DNA of 46,840 bases from Octopus bimaculoides (GCF_001194135.2 NC_068992.1:1975981-2022820), one strand, 5' to 3'. Shown: positions 12,617 to 25,814, numbered from the stretch's first letter. A program made the numbers and translations. The notes: generated by a model not told the origin, from the sequence alone.

Positions 12617-12827
12617 ATTCAATTCATCAACATTTCTAATTACAACGTACGATGAGTGTTTATTAGTATGAGAAGACTAAATTACATCTCAATGCACTTT
12701 CAGGCAACAGGTCTGTGCGATGGCGTATGCATACGGTGTTGATGTACGCTCTGAGTCGAGTTGACCCCCTACCAGCCCCGCCTTACCCTTTGCCTTTTTC
12801 TATCCCTCTACCTCACTCCATGTTATA

Positions 12828-13187
<360 letters not shown>

Positions 13188-13804
13188 CACCATAACTCAC
13201 TAACAAGTAAGTTTCTTGTCTACTGTTCTAATGGAGTGAATGTACAAACAGATAGAGAACAATGGCAAAATATGTTCTGAGGCACCGCTCTGTCTGAACA
13301 TTTTCTACAACACATGTCTTCACTAGTGGCTCGGCTTTCAGTTTTCTTGTTGTCTATGATGATTGTGGTGGTGACGATGGTAGTAAGTGATGATTGTGAT
13401 GAGGATGATGATGATGATGAACACGATGACGAACATGAGGGTCATGATGATGATGGGGGGGGCCTCTTGATGGTGATAGCGGCAATAACGACGACGTTGA
13501 TGATGATGATGATTTTGGCGAAGTATATAAAGACTCATTTTCTTAATGATTTAATATTTTTGTATTGCAATGTCGACGTATTTTTTTTTTCTTTTTTGAT
13601 GTTATCTTTCATTTTCTGAATCAGACGAAAAAGAAGAAAGAAAATAGCAGGAATACCACATACAATCATTCGCTTTTTTTAAAAATAGCCGCCGCCTGTC
13701 TAAATGTACTTAGAATAATGTGACATTTCCCTCGTTTCCCTATTTAATTAACACGCAAATTAGCTTGGCGGGAAATACAACATATTACTGATGTATGTAT
13801 ATAC

Positions 13805-13850
<46 letters not shown>

Positions 13851-13927
13851 CTATATACATTTATATATATAAGATATGTAGGCAGACTCACACAAATACA
13901 TACATATGCATACATATATATACACAC

Positions 13928-13965
<38 letters not shown>

Positions 13966-14799
13966 TCCTTATACATAATTCACACATTGTATAATGTTAC
14001 GAAATGTAATTTTCAATTGTCGAGTTATTTTCTGCGTGCTTTGAACCATGTTGTGATGTTGTCGGCACTTAGAAAGATTGTTATTTCGTCTGTTACGATT
14101 AGTTGTCAAAGAATATTTTCAGATCTGGACAAACAGCTAACTATAAATTTCCCAAAATTGCACCTTTCTTTCTCCATTTGCCTTTTAAAATTAATTCTAT
14201 TCTTTGTATTCTTTTTTTTTTCTTTCTTTATATGAGTTGGGTTTGTTTTGTGGTGTCTCAGTTAGTTGCTGTTGTTGTTAATCCTGGTTTTGGTAATGCT
14301 GGACCATACGTTGTGTATTACTAAACAACGTTGAACTCGATAACGTTTACCGTTAGTTCTCGGCTATAACACTTAGAAGAAATTTTCACAAAACAAAATA
14401 TAGTTTTAAAAAATGAACATATAAACTATAAGCATATAAACATATACACCTAGGAAGGTGTCGCTTTTCAAAGCCAGTTGGCAAGGTAGGAAAGCGGGAA
14501 GTAAACCGAGCAAGGGAGATGAGTTTTCAATTAAGGGTTTGTTCCCAACTTCATCATGTAGACAAAGAAATTCCTCTTTTCTGTCTTAGTCAGCAATTTA
14601 TCCTTCATCATCCCTGTCCCTAACCATACAATTACACTATTACTACCAATTTTCTAGGATACGTATTTATAAATTTCTAGACCGTCAATTTATAAGATGG
14701 TTAATCTATAGTTTTAGTAAGGTCTTCATTTTATTTTAATGGTAATTCTTAAATATATATTTACAGACGGGAACACAGAATAATCCACCTTCCTTTTGC

Positions 14800-14863
<64 letters not shown>

Positions 14864-15020
14864 ATGTTTTTCTATGTGTTTATAAGTAGATAACATGTAA
14901 CATTTCCTATGATCTTGAGATTTGAGGAGACGTGTTACCAAACCTCAAAATGCCTGCTAACTAAATTAGCATGCACTAGCTTAGTGGTAACAACAACAAC
15001 AATAATAAAAATAATAATAA

Positions 15021-15231
15021 TGGTTTCAAATTGTGCAACAAGGGTAGCAATTTTGGGAGAGGGGATGAGTCGATTACATCGACCCCATTGATCAACTGGT
15101 ACTTATTTTATCGACATCGAAAGGATGAAAGGCAAAGTCGACTTCGGCGGAATTTGAACTCAGAACGTGGCGACGGGCGAAATACTGCTATGCATTTCGC
15201 CTGAGGCGCTAACTATTCTGCCAGCTCACGG
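15021..15231 (-). mobile_element. SINE family A, near full length, with (TTA)n/(TTG)n tail
   Basis: Homologous to 12401-12616; B-box-like GAGTTCAAATTCC and CCTTTCATCCTTTCGATGTCGATAAAATAAGTACCAG core. Confidence 0.85.
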
Positions 15232-15346
15232 TTTTGAGAAGAAGGAGAAGGAGAAGAAAGAGAAGGAGAAGAAGAAGAAAAGAATTGTTATTATTATTTA
15301 GGTAGTGGGCTCTCAGGATTTTTACAACGTTGTTTAAAATGTTTCT

Positions 15347-15717
15347 GCGCAGTAGTGGCTGTGTGGTAAGTAGCTTGCTTACCAACCATATGGTTCCGAG
15401 TTCAGTCCCACTGCGTGACACCTTGGGCGAGTATCTTCTACTGTAGCCTCGGGCCGACCAAAGACTTGAGTGGATACGGAAACAGAAAGAAGCCCGTCGT
15501 ATATATGTATATGTGTGTATGTGTTTCTGTGTTTGTCCTCCAACATCGCTTGGCGACCGACGCTGGTGTGTTTACGTCCCCGTAACGTAGCGGTTCGGCA
15601 AAAGAGAACGATAGAATAAGTACTAGGCTTACAAAGAATAATCTCTGGGGTCGATTTGCTTGACTAAAGGCGGTGCTCCAGTATGGCCGCAGTGAAATGA
15701 CTGAAAGAAGTAAGAGT
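15347..15717 (+). mobile_element. SINE family B, full length, with internal (TA)/(TG) tract
   Basis: Head GCGCAGTAGTGGCTGTGTGGTAAG...CGAGTTCAGTCCC (A/B-box-like), body CCTTGGGCGAGTATCTTC..., 3' end GGCGGTGCTCCAGTATGGCCGCAG...AAGTAAGAG. Confidence 0.9.
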
Positions 15718-15729
15718 ATTTATGATTCT

Positions 15730-15873
15730 TCGTTCCAACGAGCACAACTGTGGTTTTCATTTATTCAGGGTCGATAAAATGATCTACGCGTCAAGTACAG
15801 AAGTCGATGAATTTGAGTAACAATCTCCCCCAATATTACTAGCCTTGTGCTAAAATCTGAAGCAATTATTATT
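15730..15873 (+). mobile_element. Old family-A-type SINE 3' half
   Basis: TTTCATTTATTCAGGGTCGATAAAAT...TCCCCCAATATTACTAGCCTTGTGCTAAAAT resembles the A-family core and tail. Confidence 0.45.
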
Positions 15874-16504
15874 TCAATCATTTTTATATTTGACTCTTAT
15901 TGTGAGAAGATACTGCTTATGTTTTCGGGGCACTATTTATTCAAGCATTACTAAATATAATTCTCTACTTGTATAATTGAACTATAATTATCAAAGCAAA
16001 GCCAGCTCTCAATACCCAGCGGTAGACAACATAAAAACGAGATTTGTTTTTCAAACTTTGAAAATTTTATTTGCACACATTATATTTTCACATCCAAAAT
16101 GGCCACCATACATATTTTTGTTCAACACTACAATAGCAAAAATTAAAAAAAGAAAAAAGAAAAAGAAGCAAAAACACTACTGAATGTACAAACACAAGGA
16201 GAAAACTGACAGTGTGGTGAAAAATGAACAGAAAGATATATCTGAAACACAAATAAATAATTTCGAAGATGGCAACGGTAACAACAACAACAACAACAAC
16301 AAGGAGTAGTTACTCATATACAAAGTCAAACATTATGTCGTTCATATTATTGTTGGTTTAAAGCAAATATTCACGTAACAAAAAATAACCAAACAGCATT
16401 TTTCAACATATTACACTCAGAAAAAGAATGTTGATGGAATTTTATAAAACCAAACAGTATTTCTTTACTACTGGAACTAATCTTGAGAAGGTGAATAATA
16501 TATC

Positions 16505-16656
16505 ATTTACATTATTTATATTATTTACATTGGACGGATATTTGCTCTCATCTTGTTTGTTTTAACACAACATTTCTACTGATGTACTCTCCAGCCTTCA
16601 TCAAGTATCCTAGGGAAATTTCGAACCTAGGCTCTCATTCCTAAGGTACGTTTCGA

Positions 16657-16700
<44 letters not shown>

Positions 16701-16771
16701 TCACTGCCTGGAATTGAGCTCGGAATCTTGGGGTTAATAGCCCGCGCTCTTAACCACTACGCCATATGCCC
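16505..16771 (-). mobile_element. Family C element: tRNA-derived head + (AAT)n + hammerhead-bearing body (copy 1, head intact, hammerhead degenerate)
   Basis: Minus-strand head GGGCATATGGCGTAGTGGTTAAGAGCGCGGGCTATTAACCCCAAGATTCCGAGCTCAATTCCAGGCAGTGACCTG, with A box at 16754-16764 and B-box-like motif at 16710-16721. Body homologous to 27169-27414 and 36735-36907. Confidence 0.8.
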
Positions 16772-17246
16772 GTGGCAGTGACCTGAATAATAATGAAAAT
16801 AATAATAATAATAATAATAATAAAAGAGCAACAAATCCCAATTTTCAGGACCCCATCAACAAAATCCTTGGACATGGCAAGTGAAATATCTTGATGCTTA
16901 GCATGAGACATAGATGAATAAACATTCCATCCTTTAACAGCTCCAATCAATTCCCCCACGCAATCCTTATGCATTGAGGAAGCAATAATAATTTCCGGTG
17001 AAAAGCAACGAATTATCTCCGAAAATAGAAAAGGCAAAAAGAGAAATAAAATCTCAAAGATGACTCAACATAAAACAAAGAAAACGTTTAAGGAAGAACA
17101 AATTCTTCGAAACGACGATGGTAAATCCTCTTCAGATAAATTAAGAAGAAAGTTAGGCGTAGAGAGGAAAATGAAGATTTATGCCACACTGTTTTTGAAG
17201 AAGTTACAATGACACAGAAGCGGTTTCATCCAGAATATATACAATA

Positions 17247-17620
17247 GGCGTAAGCATGGCTGTTTGGTAAGAAGTTTGGTTCTCAGTCACATGGTTCCAG
17301 GTTCAGTACCACTACGTGGCACCTTGGGCAAGTGTCTTCTACTGTTGCTTCGAGCTGACCAAAGTCTTGTGAGTAGAATTGGTAGACGGAAACTGAAAGC
17401 AGCCCGTCATCAGTGTGTGTGTTTGTGTGTGTCATTGTGTTTGCGTTTGTCCCCACCGGTGTTATAATGTTTACATTCGCGCAACGTAGCGGTTCTGCAA
17501 AGGAGACCCGATAGAATAGGTCCCAGGCTTTAAAATCTGTAACCACTGGGGTCGATTCATTCGACTAAAAATTGTTCAGGGTCGTGCCCCAAGATGGCTG
17601 AGTTCTAATAAGTTAAAAGA
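17247..17620 (+). mobile_element. SINE family B, full length (diverged)
   Basis: GGCGTAAGCATGGCTGTTTGGTAAG...GGCACCTTGGGCAAGTGTCTTCTACT...GGTAGACGGAAACTGAAAG...CTGGGGTCGATTCATTCGACTAAAA. Confidence 0.85.
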
Positions 17621-17767
17621 GAAAGCAGGCAAAAGTTAAGCTGCTATGACCATCTGGGCCTTTCCCCTAAAAATGGCCGACCTTGTGTGCCTTTGGCAGA
17701 CAGGCCTTCGTGCCACAGTCATCATCGTCACCACAATCATCATCATCATCATCGTTTGTGTTACTTA

Positions 17768-17876
17768 GTGGGTGAACTGGTCGACTGGTTAACGCGTCTG
17801 ACAAAATACATAGCGGCATATTTTCCAGATCCTTATGTGCCGAGTTCAAATGCCATCGAGGTTGACTATGCTTTCC
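17768..17876 (+). mobile_element. Old family-A SINE head
   Basis: GGTGAACTGG...TAGCGGCATATTT...GAGTTCAAATGCCATCGAGGTTGACTATGCTTTCC aligns loosely to the A head. Confidence 0.5.
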
Positions 17877-18179
17877 TGATACAGAAGATGAAGCAACAAT
17901 TGAGCAATGATGTCGATATAATCGTCTTTCCCTTCCCCTCAAAAGGAACTGATGCTGTTGCTATCGTTGTTATTTTCATTGCTGGTATTGTTGCTTATTT
18001 AAGGAATAGCTTGCAGAACTGAAATATTAATTCATATATTTCTGTTCATCAGATTACGATTTTGGAACTGTTCCTTGTTTATTTCGTTAAGATTGAGGAA
18101 GAAGGAATAAAATGTTCCCTTTGTATATTTTACATATTCTAATTTGTAAATTTTCGTTTATTTTTATATCAACTGGACG

Positions 18180-19250
18180 AGTGTCTCGGGTAGCGGTAGG
18201 AATTCTTCGCCGAAAACGTGATATTAACAAAGGCGAATGAGAAAAAGAAATGGGCAATTAACAACATTACACAAGCAAACAGAGTAATTATTCTAACTTT
18301 AAGAAACAAAAATACGATTGTTTATAATGCTAAAAGCAATAACTGTTTTTTTGGGTGGCAGCAAATTGAAGAGATTATCAAAGACGTATGTAACAAAGTA
18401 ACAAAACATCTTGGCTTGTGGAATATATTTCGGAACTGTCACGAAGGGAGGCAACTTCTGTCTGGTTATGAAAAGAAGAGTGAGCATTGTTCCCTTAAAA
18501 CTACCGCTGGCTGTTGTATGGAACAATATCTTCCCGACAGTATTTACTCGACAGTCAAGCAGAGCCAATAAGTCGCCACTTCAGCATGTCATAGAGGGCT
18601 GTTTTTCTCATGGTACCCCCGGTTGGAGCTCCAGCAACGGCAGAATGTACAAAGTTTTTTTTCTATCCCCAGTAAAAATAAAACCAATCAGGATTCCTAC
18701 CAGGGACGCAAGCACAAAGAAGTACATTCTACACATTCTCAGTGCCATCCCAACAACTTACAAATGAAGAGAACAAAGGGAGACGAGAGAAAGACGGCAA
18801 ACTTTTCGAGAAGACTGAAACGAAAACTGAAAGAGTGCAGGTGACAATAACCTCCATCTACAAAAGAGTGCAATGAGCAAAAAGAAGAGCCGACAAGTCT
18901 GGAATGATTCAGATGAGTGGTGAGATGCAGCAGCATAGGTTACCTTATCGTTTCAATGCACCAACAAAAGGATATCAAAACAATCAATATGTTGATTAAA
19001 TCTTAAATACAGAACCAATAACAGGTGTGAAGGGAGGACAGACTGGTCTATGAAATTCAAAAGATTTAGCTGCAAGAGAGCATGTAAGGCCCTTCTCCGC
19101 CCGGATAGCAACTTTTTTTCTTCTTTTTGGTTTAGTAGACTCAAGTAGAAAGACTGAGATGGGGAGGATGATGTAGATGAGGTAGGAGCTTCGTCTAGGA
19201 AGTAACTTCTTGCTCGCTCGGGAGGTGGATTGCTCTAAATTTTATATATT
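18180..19250 (+). pseudogene. Decayed, frameshifted coding-like tract; tentatively a non-LTR (Tx1/L1-type) ORF1 relic
   Basis: Three overlapping non-repetitive ORFs (18218-18571, 18411-18767, 18623-18844) in different frames that can be stitched (IEEIIKDVCNKVTKHL / ACGIYFGTVT...SIVPLKL...IFPTVFTRQSSRA). Resemblance to LINE ORF1 is from memory only. Confidence 0.3.
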
Positions 19251-19451
19251 TCCATATATTTACTTACTTGCTCTCTGAGCAAATGTACCTACACTCATAT
19301 ATACAAAGAAGCATATGCTTATAATATGTGTATGTATGTTTGTATGTAGATATATATATACATATATATATATACATACATGCATATATACATATATATA
19401 TACATATATATATACATACATATATATATATATATACATATATATACATAC

Positions 19452-19496
<45 letters not shown>

Positions 19497-19500
19497 TATA

Positions 19501-19942
19501 NNNNNNNNNNNNNNNNNNNNNNNNNNNNNNNNNNNNNNNNNNNNNNNNNNNNNNNNNNNNNNNNNNNNNNNNNNNNNNNNNNNNNNNNNNNNNNNNNNNN
19601 NNNNNNNNNNNNNNNNNNNNNNNNNNNNNNNNNNNNNNNNNNNNNNNNNNNNNNNNNNNNNNNNNNNNNNNNNNNNNNNNNNNNNNNNNNNNNNNNNNNN
19701 NNNNNNNNNNNNNNNNNNNNNNNNNNNNNNNNNNNNNNNNNNNNNNNNNNNNNNNNNNNNNNNNNNNNNNNNNNNNNNNNNNNNNNNNNNNNNNNNNNNN
19801 NNNNNNNNNNNNNNNNNNNNNNNNNNNNNNNNNNNNNNNNNNNNNNNNNNNNNNNNNNNNNNNNNNNNNNNNNNNNNNNNNNNNNNNNNNNNNNNNNNNN
19901 NNNNNNNNNNNNNNNNNNNNNNNNNNNNNNNNNNNNNNNNNN
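19501..19942. other. Assembly gap (442 N) in (TA)n/(TATG)n
   Basis: N run flanked by TA repeats. Confidence 1.
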
Positions 19943-19983
19943 ATATATATATGTATATGTATATGTATATGTATATATATATG

Positions 19984-20026
<43 letters not shown>

Positions 20027-20027
20027 G

Positions 20028-20076
<49 letters not shown>

Positions 20077-20334
20077 GTATATATATATATATATATATGT
20101 ACCCACACACATTTCAGTATACTGACATTTTCTTGGATACATACAAGCATGCAATATATGCATGCAAATGCATAGAAATACGCATCCAGAAGCATGTAAT
20201 TGTCTATTTTCTTCTATTTATTTCATTCGTTTGTATTAAATCTTTTACTGTCTTCACGCACACGCATATATACATGTTCGTGTATTTATAAGTATATTTG
20301 TGTGTGGGGGTGCATGTGTGTGTGTTTATGCGTA

Positions 20335-20404
<70 letters not shown>

Positions 20405-20647
20405 CATTTATACATACATATATATATTTGCATATATATATATATATGTACGTATACACATTCGCACACACACACGCGTATATATCGTATTTCTGCATGT
20501 ATGAGTGTGTGTATATACTATGTAACGCCTTCGCACTATTGTTTATTTATTACTCAAATTGTACAGGCGTATACGAGCTATAAACCCGTTTTCGTATCAC
20601 GTTTTGTGTGCATGAATGTGTCCTGGTGTCAAATAAATAAAACAAAT

Positions 20648-20648
<1 letters not shown>

Positions 20649-20687
<39 letters not shown>
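20649..20687. repeat. (AGT)n microsatellite
   Basis: Perfect triplet array. Confidence 0.95.
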
Positions 20688-21871
20688 TTGATTGTTATAG
20701 ATCGACTATTCTTTTGTCATTCCTGATTTACTTCATAATTTTTTTCTATTAATTTCAAAGTTAAATTTCATGCGTGTTGGATTTCAAAGATGTTAATGTG
20801 CAGGAAAAAATTGTGATAAAAATAATTAAGTTCCAAAATAAACAATGCCTCCATTGGGCAGGACATTTTTAAAAATTTTGTTTCGTTATACTTTTCATTT
20901 TGTAGTCTTTTTTCTCCTTTGATAATTCGTTCATGTTTTTGTTCTGTATTTTCATGTTTTCGTGCAGTTTTATATTTCGATTCTTTGTATTAATTGCGGT
21001 AATTAGATACTTGAAAGGAATTAGCAATATTAAGGATTTCTTTAAACTGGGAACAATGCATGGTGTGAAAGTTATTTTCGATTAAACTGACCCGCATCAA
21101 ATTACTGGTACTTGCTAAGTGTCATAGACTTACTTCCAATAAATATTCTGCTAAATATACGGCACGATTACTAAGTCATTCTGACTCTTGGCAGAAATTC
21201 TTCTATCAATTCCATTCAAATAGAATGGAGAAATAAAAAGTGATTGCGATACTTCATGTTAAAATATTCTCTAGAATGTGGGACCAATATTTGGCAGACA
21301 AAGAAAATCTAATCGCTATCATGACTGTCGAACTAAAGGCATGAAAGCGCGAGAAGGAACGCATTAGCAAGCTGACACAACAAACCGGCTGCCATTCGAC
21401 TGATTCATTTCGCATACATTAACAAACGACTTGGAAAATATATATTTATTACATATTCCCGATGGTTAGTATCATGAATGCATATCTGAACGTGCAATGT
21501 AAAGTGACTGGACCGAAAGGCAAGCTGAAGTGGTCTTCAGGCTTTAAGAAAATCGCTTTCTTCTCAACATTAATAACTATTTTTAAAAATTATTGATTTT
21601 TTTCTGTCTAGGCATAAAGTCCTTATATTTTCAGCAATGGAAAATGAAATGTGAGGTTAATGCTTTTCCCGCGAGGCATTAAGAACGTACATATAGTAGA
21701 ATGATAGCAAATATCAAAATCGATATAATATCTAAACAATGATTGTGTGGGAGTGGGAGGAGGTAGTAATGTAATAATGTGCAACAGTAACAATGTTTAT
21801 TTAAAAGTTACTCAAATATTGTTTATTTTCACTTGACACAAAGTTCTGATACCGTGATGATAATGTATTAT

Positions 21872-22029
21872 GTAGTAGATTGGCAGAATTAGTTGTGTGG
21901 TAGACGTAATACTTTTTCATATTTAGTTATGGCCCTCTATGATCTGAGCTCAAATCTTGCAGAAGTCATCGTTATTTTTCGAATAATAAAATAAAGTACC
22001 AGCTAAGTACAGGCGATAATTTAATCAAC
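21872..22029 (+). mobile_element. Very old family-A-type SINE
   Basis: TTGGCAGAATTAGT...CTGAGCTCAAATCTTGC...AAAATAAAGTACCAGCTAAGTAC resembles the A head and core. Confidence 0.35.
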
Positions 22030-23476
22030 AATAATTATTTCTCCATACACACACACACACACACACCAAGCTTTCTAGCGCTAGATATGTATATGTCAGT
22101 CAGTCATATTATTAGTGAAGGAAACTGGTATCTTCAGACTGTGTCTTTAATGGTTTATGAATTAAAATACACCCATTTTCTATCAAGAAATGAAAAAGCT
22201 ACTTATTTTCCAAATTCTATGTTCTCTAGCACCGGTGCTTATTTCTTGTTTCTGTTTAATTAAATGGAAGTTTCATAGAATTCTAAAAGATAGGACATTG
22301 AACTGTTGAAGCTAACATTTTGTTATTTTTTTAAAATCAGGAGGAACTAATCTTGGTTTTAGAAACCACTCATCGATTCTCCACTGCTACCATCAATGCT
22401 TGTATGTATCGGCCATTAACGCAGTAACACGACAATATCAGAAACTCCAAATTCCCACACGGCTATTGCCGCTTATTTCATGTGATTATTTTTGTACTTT
22501 GGAGGTTGAGTGTTGACTATTGATGACAAGGTACAATATGAGAAAAATTAACAAAAATTGCTGACTTCTGTCTCTCATCCTCAATACCTTTAAGGACGAG
22601 TATAGCTTTTAACAGGACTTGAAACCAGATCTCTGCTTTGGTTCGACCAAAGATTATACTATGAGCCACTGAGTCGATCAAGTTGAATAAATAGCAATAA
22701 ATTATTTGGAGATAATGTCACGAATGCGCTGGAAAGAAACTTCGCATCTGATAAAGGGTATTAGTAACGAAAATGAATTGAACGCGACTCGCAAAACTGA
22801 CACACGAGGACTAAACCTTAACGATTACTCTACACGGCTATAAACACAGCACATATTTCAATGCCCATGGGCAAGTGAACCTAAAACGAGTTCAGCATTG
22901 ATGAAACGCATCGTGATTAGGGTTTTACAGATCGACTCAGATTAATAAGGTAACATTCAGTTTGGTAATCAAGGGATTCAATCATATCCTCTAATTAACT
23001 GAACACACACTCTCTTCTCTGTCTCTCATCACTAATTGCTTCTTCCCTGATGCCAAATGACAACATTAGCGCAATGCTGGGATCCTATAATTTTCTATTA
23101 TTTTATTTCTTCGTTCCAAAACATGAAGCGAATGATCAATCACTTTGTTCTTTTGTTGCCGCATTTGTTTATTTATTCGATTGTTTGCCTCCATGTTTTA
23201 TTTTGAAAACACCATTGAAAATAAACAAATCAAGAGCAACAAAAGAAGCGAATAATGCTTAGCAAGTTGTTCAGTTAGCCATATCATTAATGCATTTTGG
23301 GAGAGAGGGGAGGGCCCGGAGCAAATTGTTGATTCAAATATTTCATTTGAAATATGTCGAATTATCATCGTTCGGGCCATTATAGCATTCTGACTAAATT
23401 GTAATTTCACTGTCAGGAAGCATATTTGGCTTTCAGCAGTTGTAACAAACAAATGTATTGGGTTTCACATATGTGT

Positions 23477-23479
<3 letters not shown>

Positions 23480-23536
<57 letters not shown>
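23480..23536. repeat. (GA)n microsatellite
   Basis: Read directly. Confidence 0.95.
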
Positions 23537-23544
<8 letters not shown>

Positions 23545-24089
23545 GAGAGAGAATGAGAGAGAGGAAGAGATGAGGTGAGATGAGAGAAACAGACGGATCG
23601 ACAAACAGGTATTTCATATATATCATGTAATATAATACGTGTGCCATTACCTATACATGCACATGCATACAAACACAAACATGTGTTTACTTGTGCGCAT
23701 GTGCGTGTGTGTTAAGAGCTGAGGATGTTACAACGAACATTTAGTGTCAGAGAGTTTCGTGCCCGAAACAACCCAAACATTGTCAATAGGATCTATTTCC
23801 TGCATTATAATGTAATTATTATAACGATCAATATCATGGATATATATATGAGGATAATTTTATAATTTCGTTAAACCGAAAAGTAATTTCTTTAAATCGA
23901 AGAATAGAAATAAAAACTGTAGATGGAAGGACTCGGGTGACACTGAGGCGAAGGGAGAAATAAAATGAAAGGGGTAATGAATTAACGAAGAGTATTTTAT
24001 GCTGTTGTGTTTTACCGATGGATGCCCTGGTGTTTTAATATAGAGTTGTTCGATTTACGACAATATAGAAATGTTATTAAGTTATATGT

Positions 24090-24095
<6 letters not shown>

Positions 24096-24168
<73 letters not shown>
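24096..24168. repeat. (TA)n microsatellite
   Basis: Read directly. Confidence 0.95.
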
Positions 24169-24172
<4 letters not shown>

Positions 24173-24459
24173 TGTATATATATATACGTAAATAAATACA
24201 CACGTATATACATGTATATGAGTAAATATACATGTATTTAGATGTGTATATGCACACACTCCCACGTGTTGTGTCGATCTGGATTGTCGTTGATTCTTTT
24301 GCTCCTTAGCTTTTTCATATAGGGATGTAGGAGGGGAGGAGGGAGGAGGAGAATTTAGAAGATTATGACGGAGGTGACAATGGTCGTGATTATGACGATG
24401 GCAGAATGGAAGTCGTTAACCAACATCATTATGAGAACAAGCATTTGACAAGTTTCTTT

Positions 24460-24570
<111 letters not shown>

Positions 24571-24669
24571 CTTTCTGTTGGTTTTAAGATAGAAAAAACA
24601 ATGACGTCATGATCATCATTATCATCATCATCATCATTTTGACGACACTAAGTCATACTAATTGATATC

Positions 24670-24769
24670 NNNNNNNNNNNNNNNNNNNNNNNNNNNNNNN
24701 NNNNNNNNNNNNNNNNNNNNNNNNNNNNNNNNNNNNNNNNNNNNNNNNNNNNNNNNNNNNNNNNNNNNN
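24670..24769. other. Assembly gap (100 N)
   Basis: N run. Confidence 1.
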
Positions 24770-24814
<45 letters not shown>

Positions 24815-25334
24815 GCGCTCGGTATGTAAATAGCCGCTGGATATGGTGTGTCAGCTCATTTTAAATGTCAGTTCTAATTTGTAAATAAAGAACTCTCATA
24901 GCCAGCGAGGTAAGCAGAAAGGTAAAGACATTGTGAATAGTGCACTGGAGAAGCCATTCCATCTATTGTAACTGTTCCTTCTAGCAGCGAATAGGGCAGC
25001 AGCAGCCGCAGCAACAGCAAAGAGTAGTAACTAGGATAATAATGCTATGTCACGTGGCTCGAGAATGTTTGGCTTGATTGAAGCATATATATATATATAT
25101 ATATATGTATATAGGTTTACTGGTATATCAAGCAAGCTTTTCTCATGTTAAGTAAAAGATTCCAACTGCGGAATGGCTTGCAGAAATATTAAGAAGTCGC
25201 TTTATAAGGGGGTCTTTTACAAAAGTAATACAAGCAACAACAACAACAACCATAACAACAATATCTGCGTTTGAAGCGAACGCAAAATCCAAAGAAACGT
25301 AAATAATAATGAGGAAAATATCAGAGACTGACGT

Positions 25335-25375
<41 letters not shown>

Positions 25376-25814
25376 GCGGTGGTGGTGGTGGAGCTTGTGG
25401 CGGTTGTGCTGTTGCTGGTGGTAGCGGTGCTGACTGCGGCGGTGGTCGTTGTCGTGGTGAAATGGTGGTGGAGGTGAAGGTGGTGGTGGTGACGATGACG
25501 GTGATGATAAGGTTGATAGTTTTCTCCATGTATATTATTTCACGAATGTTTAATCAATAGAATCAATACATTGGCCTCCAGTATATTCCTGGTACGTCAT
25601 CAAGAAATGTAGAACAAATAGATCGGGGGAGCTTTTTGAACTCAGGAATTAATACACTGGGAGTGAAAATGCCACGCAATAATGGTACCAATTTAATCTA
25701 GATTACAGAGTTTCTGACATTTAATCTTAACATTTAGCAACCGGAACAATAAGTAAATGAAGAATAACTGTAACAACAACAACAGCAACAACAATGATAA
25801 TAATAATAATAATA

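Noticed and set aside
16697-16771. Functional tRNA gene (also the SINE heads at 15347 and 39635)
   Set aside because: A/B boxes are present but acceptor and T stems do not pair and each head runs into a repeat body; these are SINE heads.
16750-17037. 95-aa minus ORF
   Set aside because: Its end runs through (ATT)n and the family C head; the remainder has no recognisable homology.
22610-22680. tRNA-like segment on the minus strand (GGTTTCAAGTCC)
   Set aside because: A box is poor and no cloverleaf forms; at most a very old SINE head.
23718-23770. CTGAGGA...CCCGAAAC hammerhead-like motif
   Set aside because: Stem II base does not pair and no cleavage triplet or stem I follows.
24893-24915. 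8-nt microexon candidate (CTCATAG|CCAGCGAG|GTAAGC)
   Set aside because: Weak polypyrimidine tract and not frame-preserving; a donor motif alone is expected by chance.
25143-25560. Pro/Ser/Thr-rich and Asp/Gly-rich ORFs
   Set aside because: Mosaic of (GAT)n/(GGT)n/(GTT)n triplets; similar tracts occur at 9.0, 13.4, 28.1, 29.4 and 38.4 kb.
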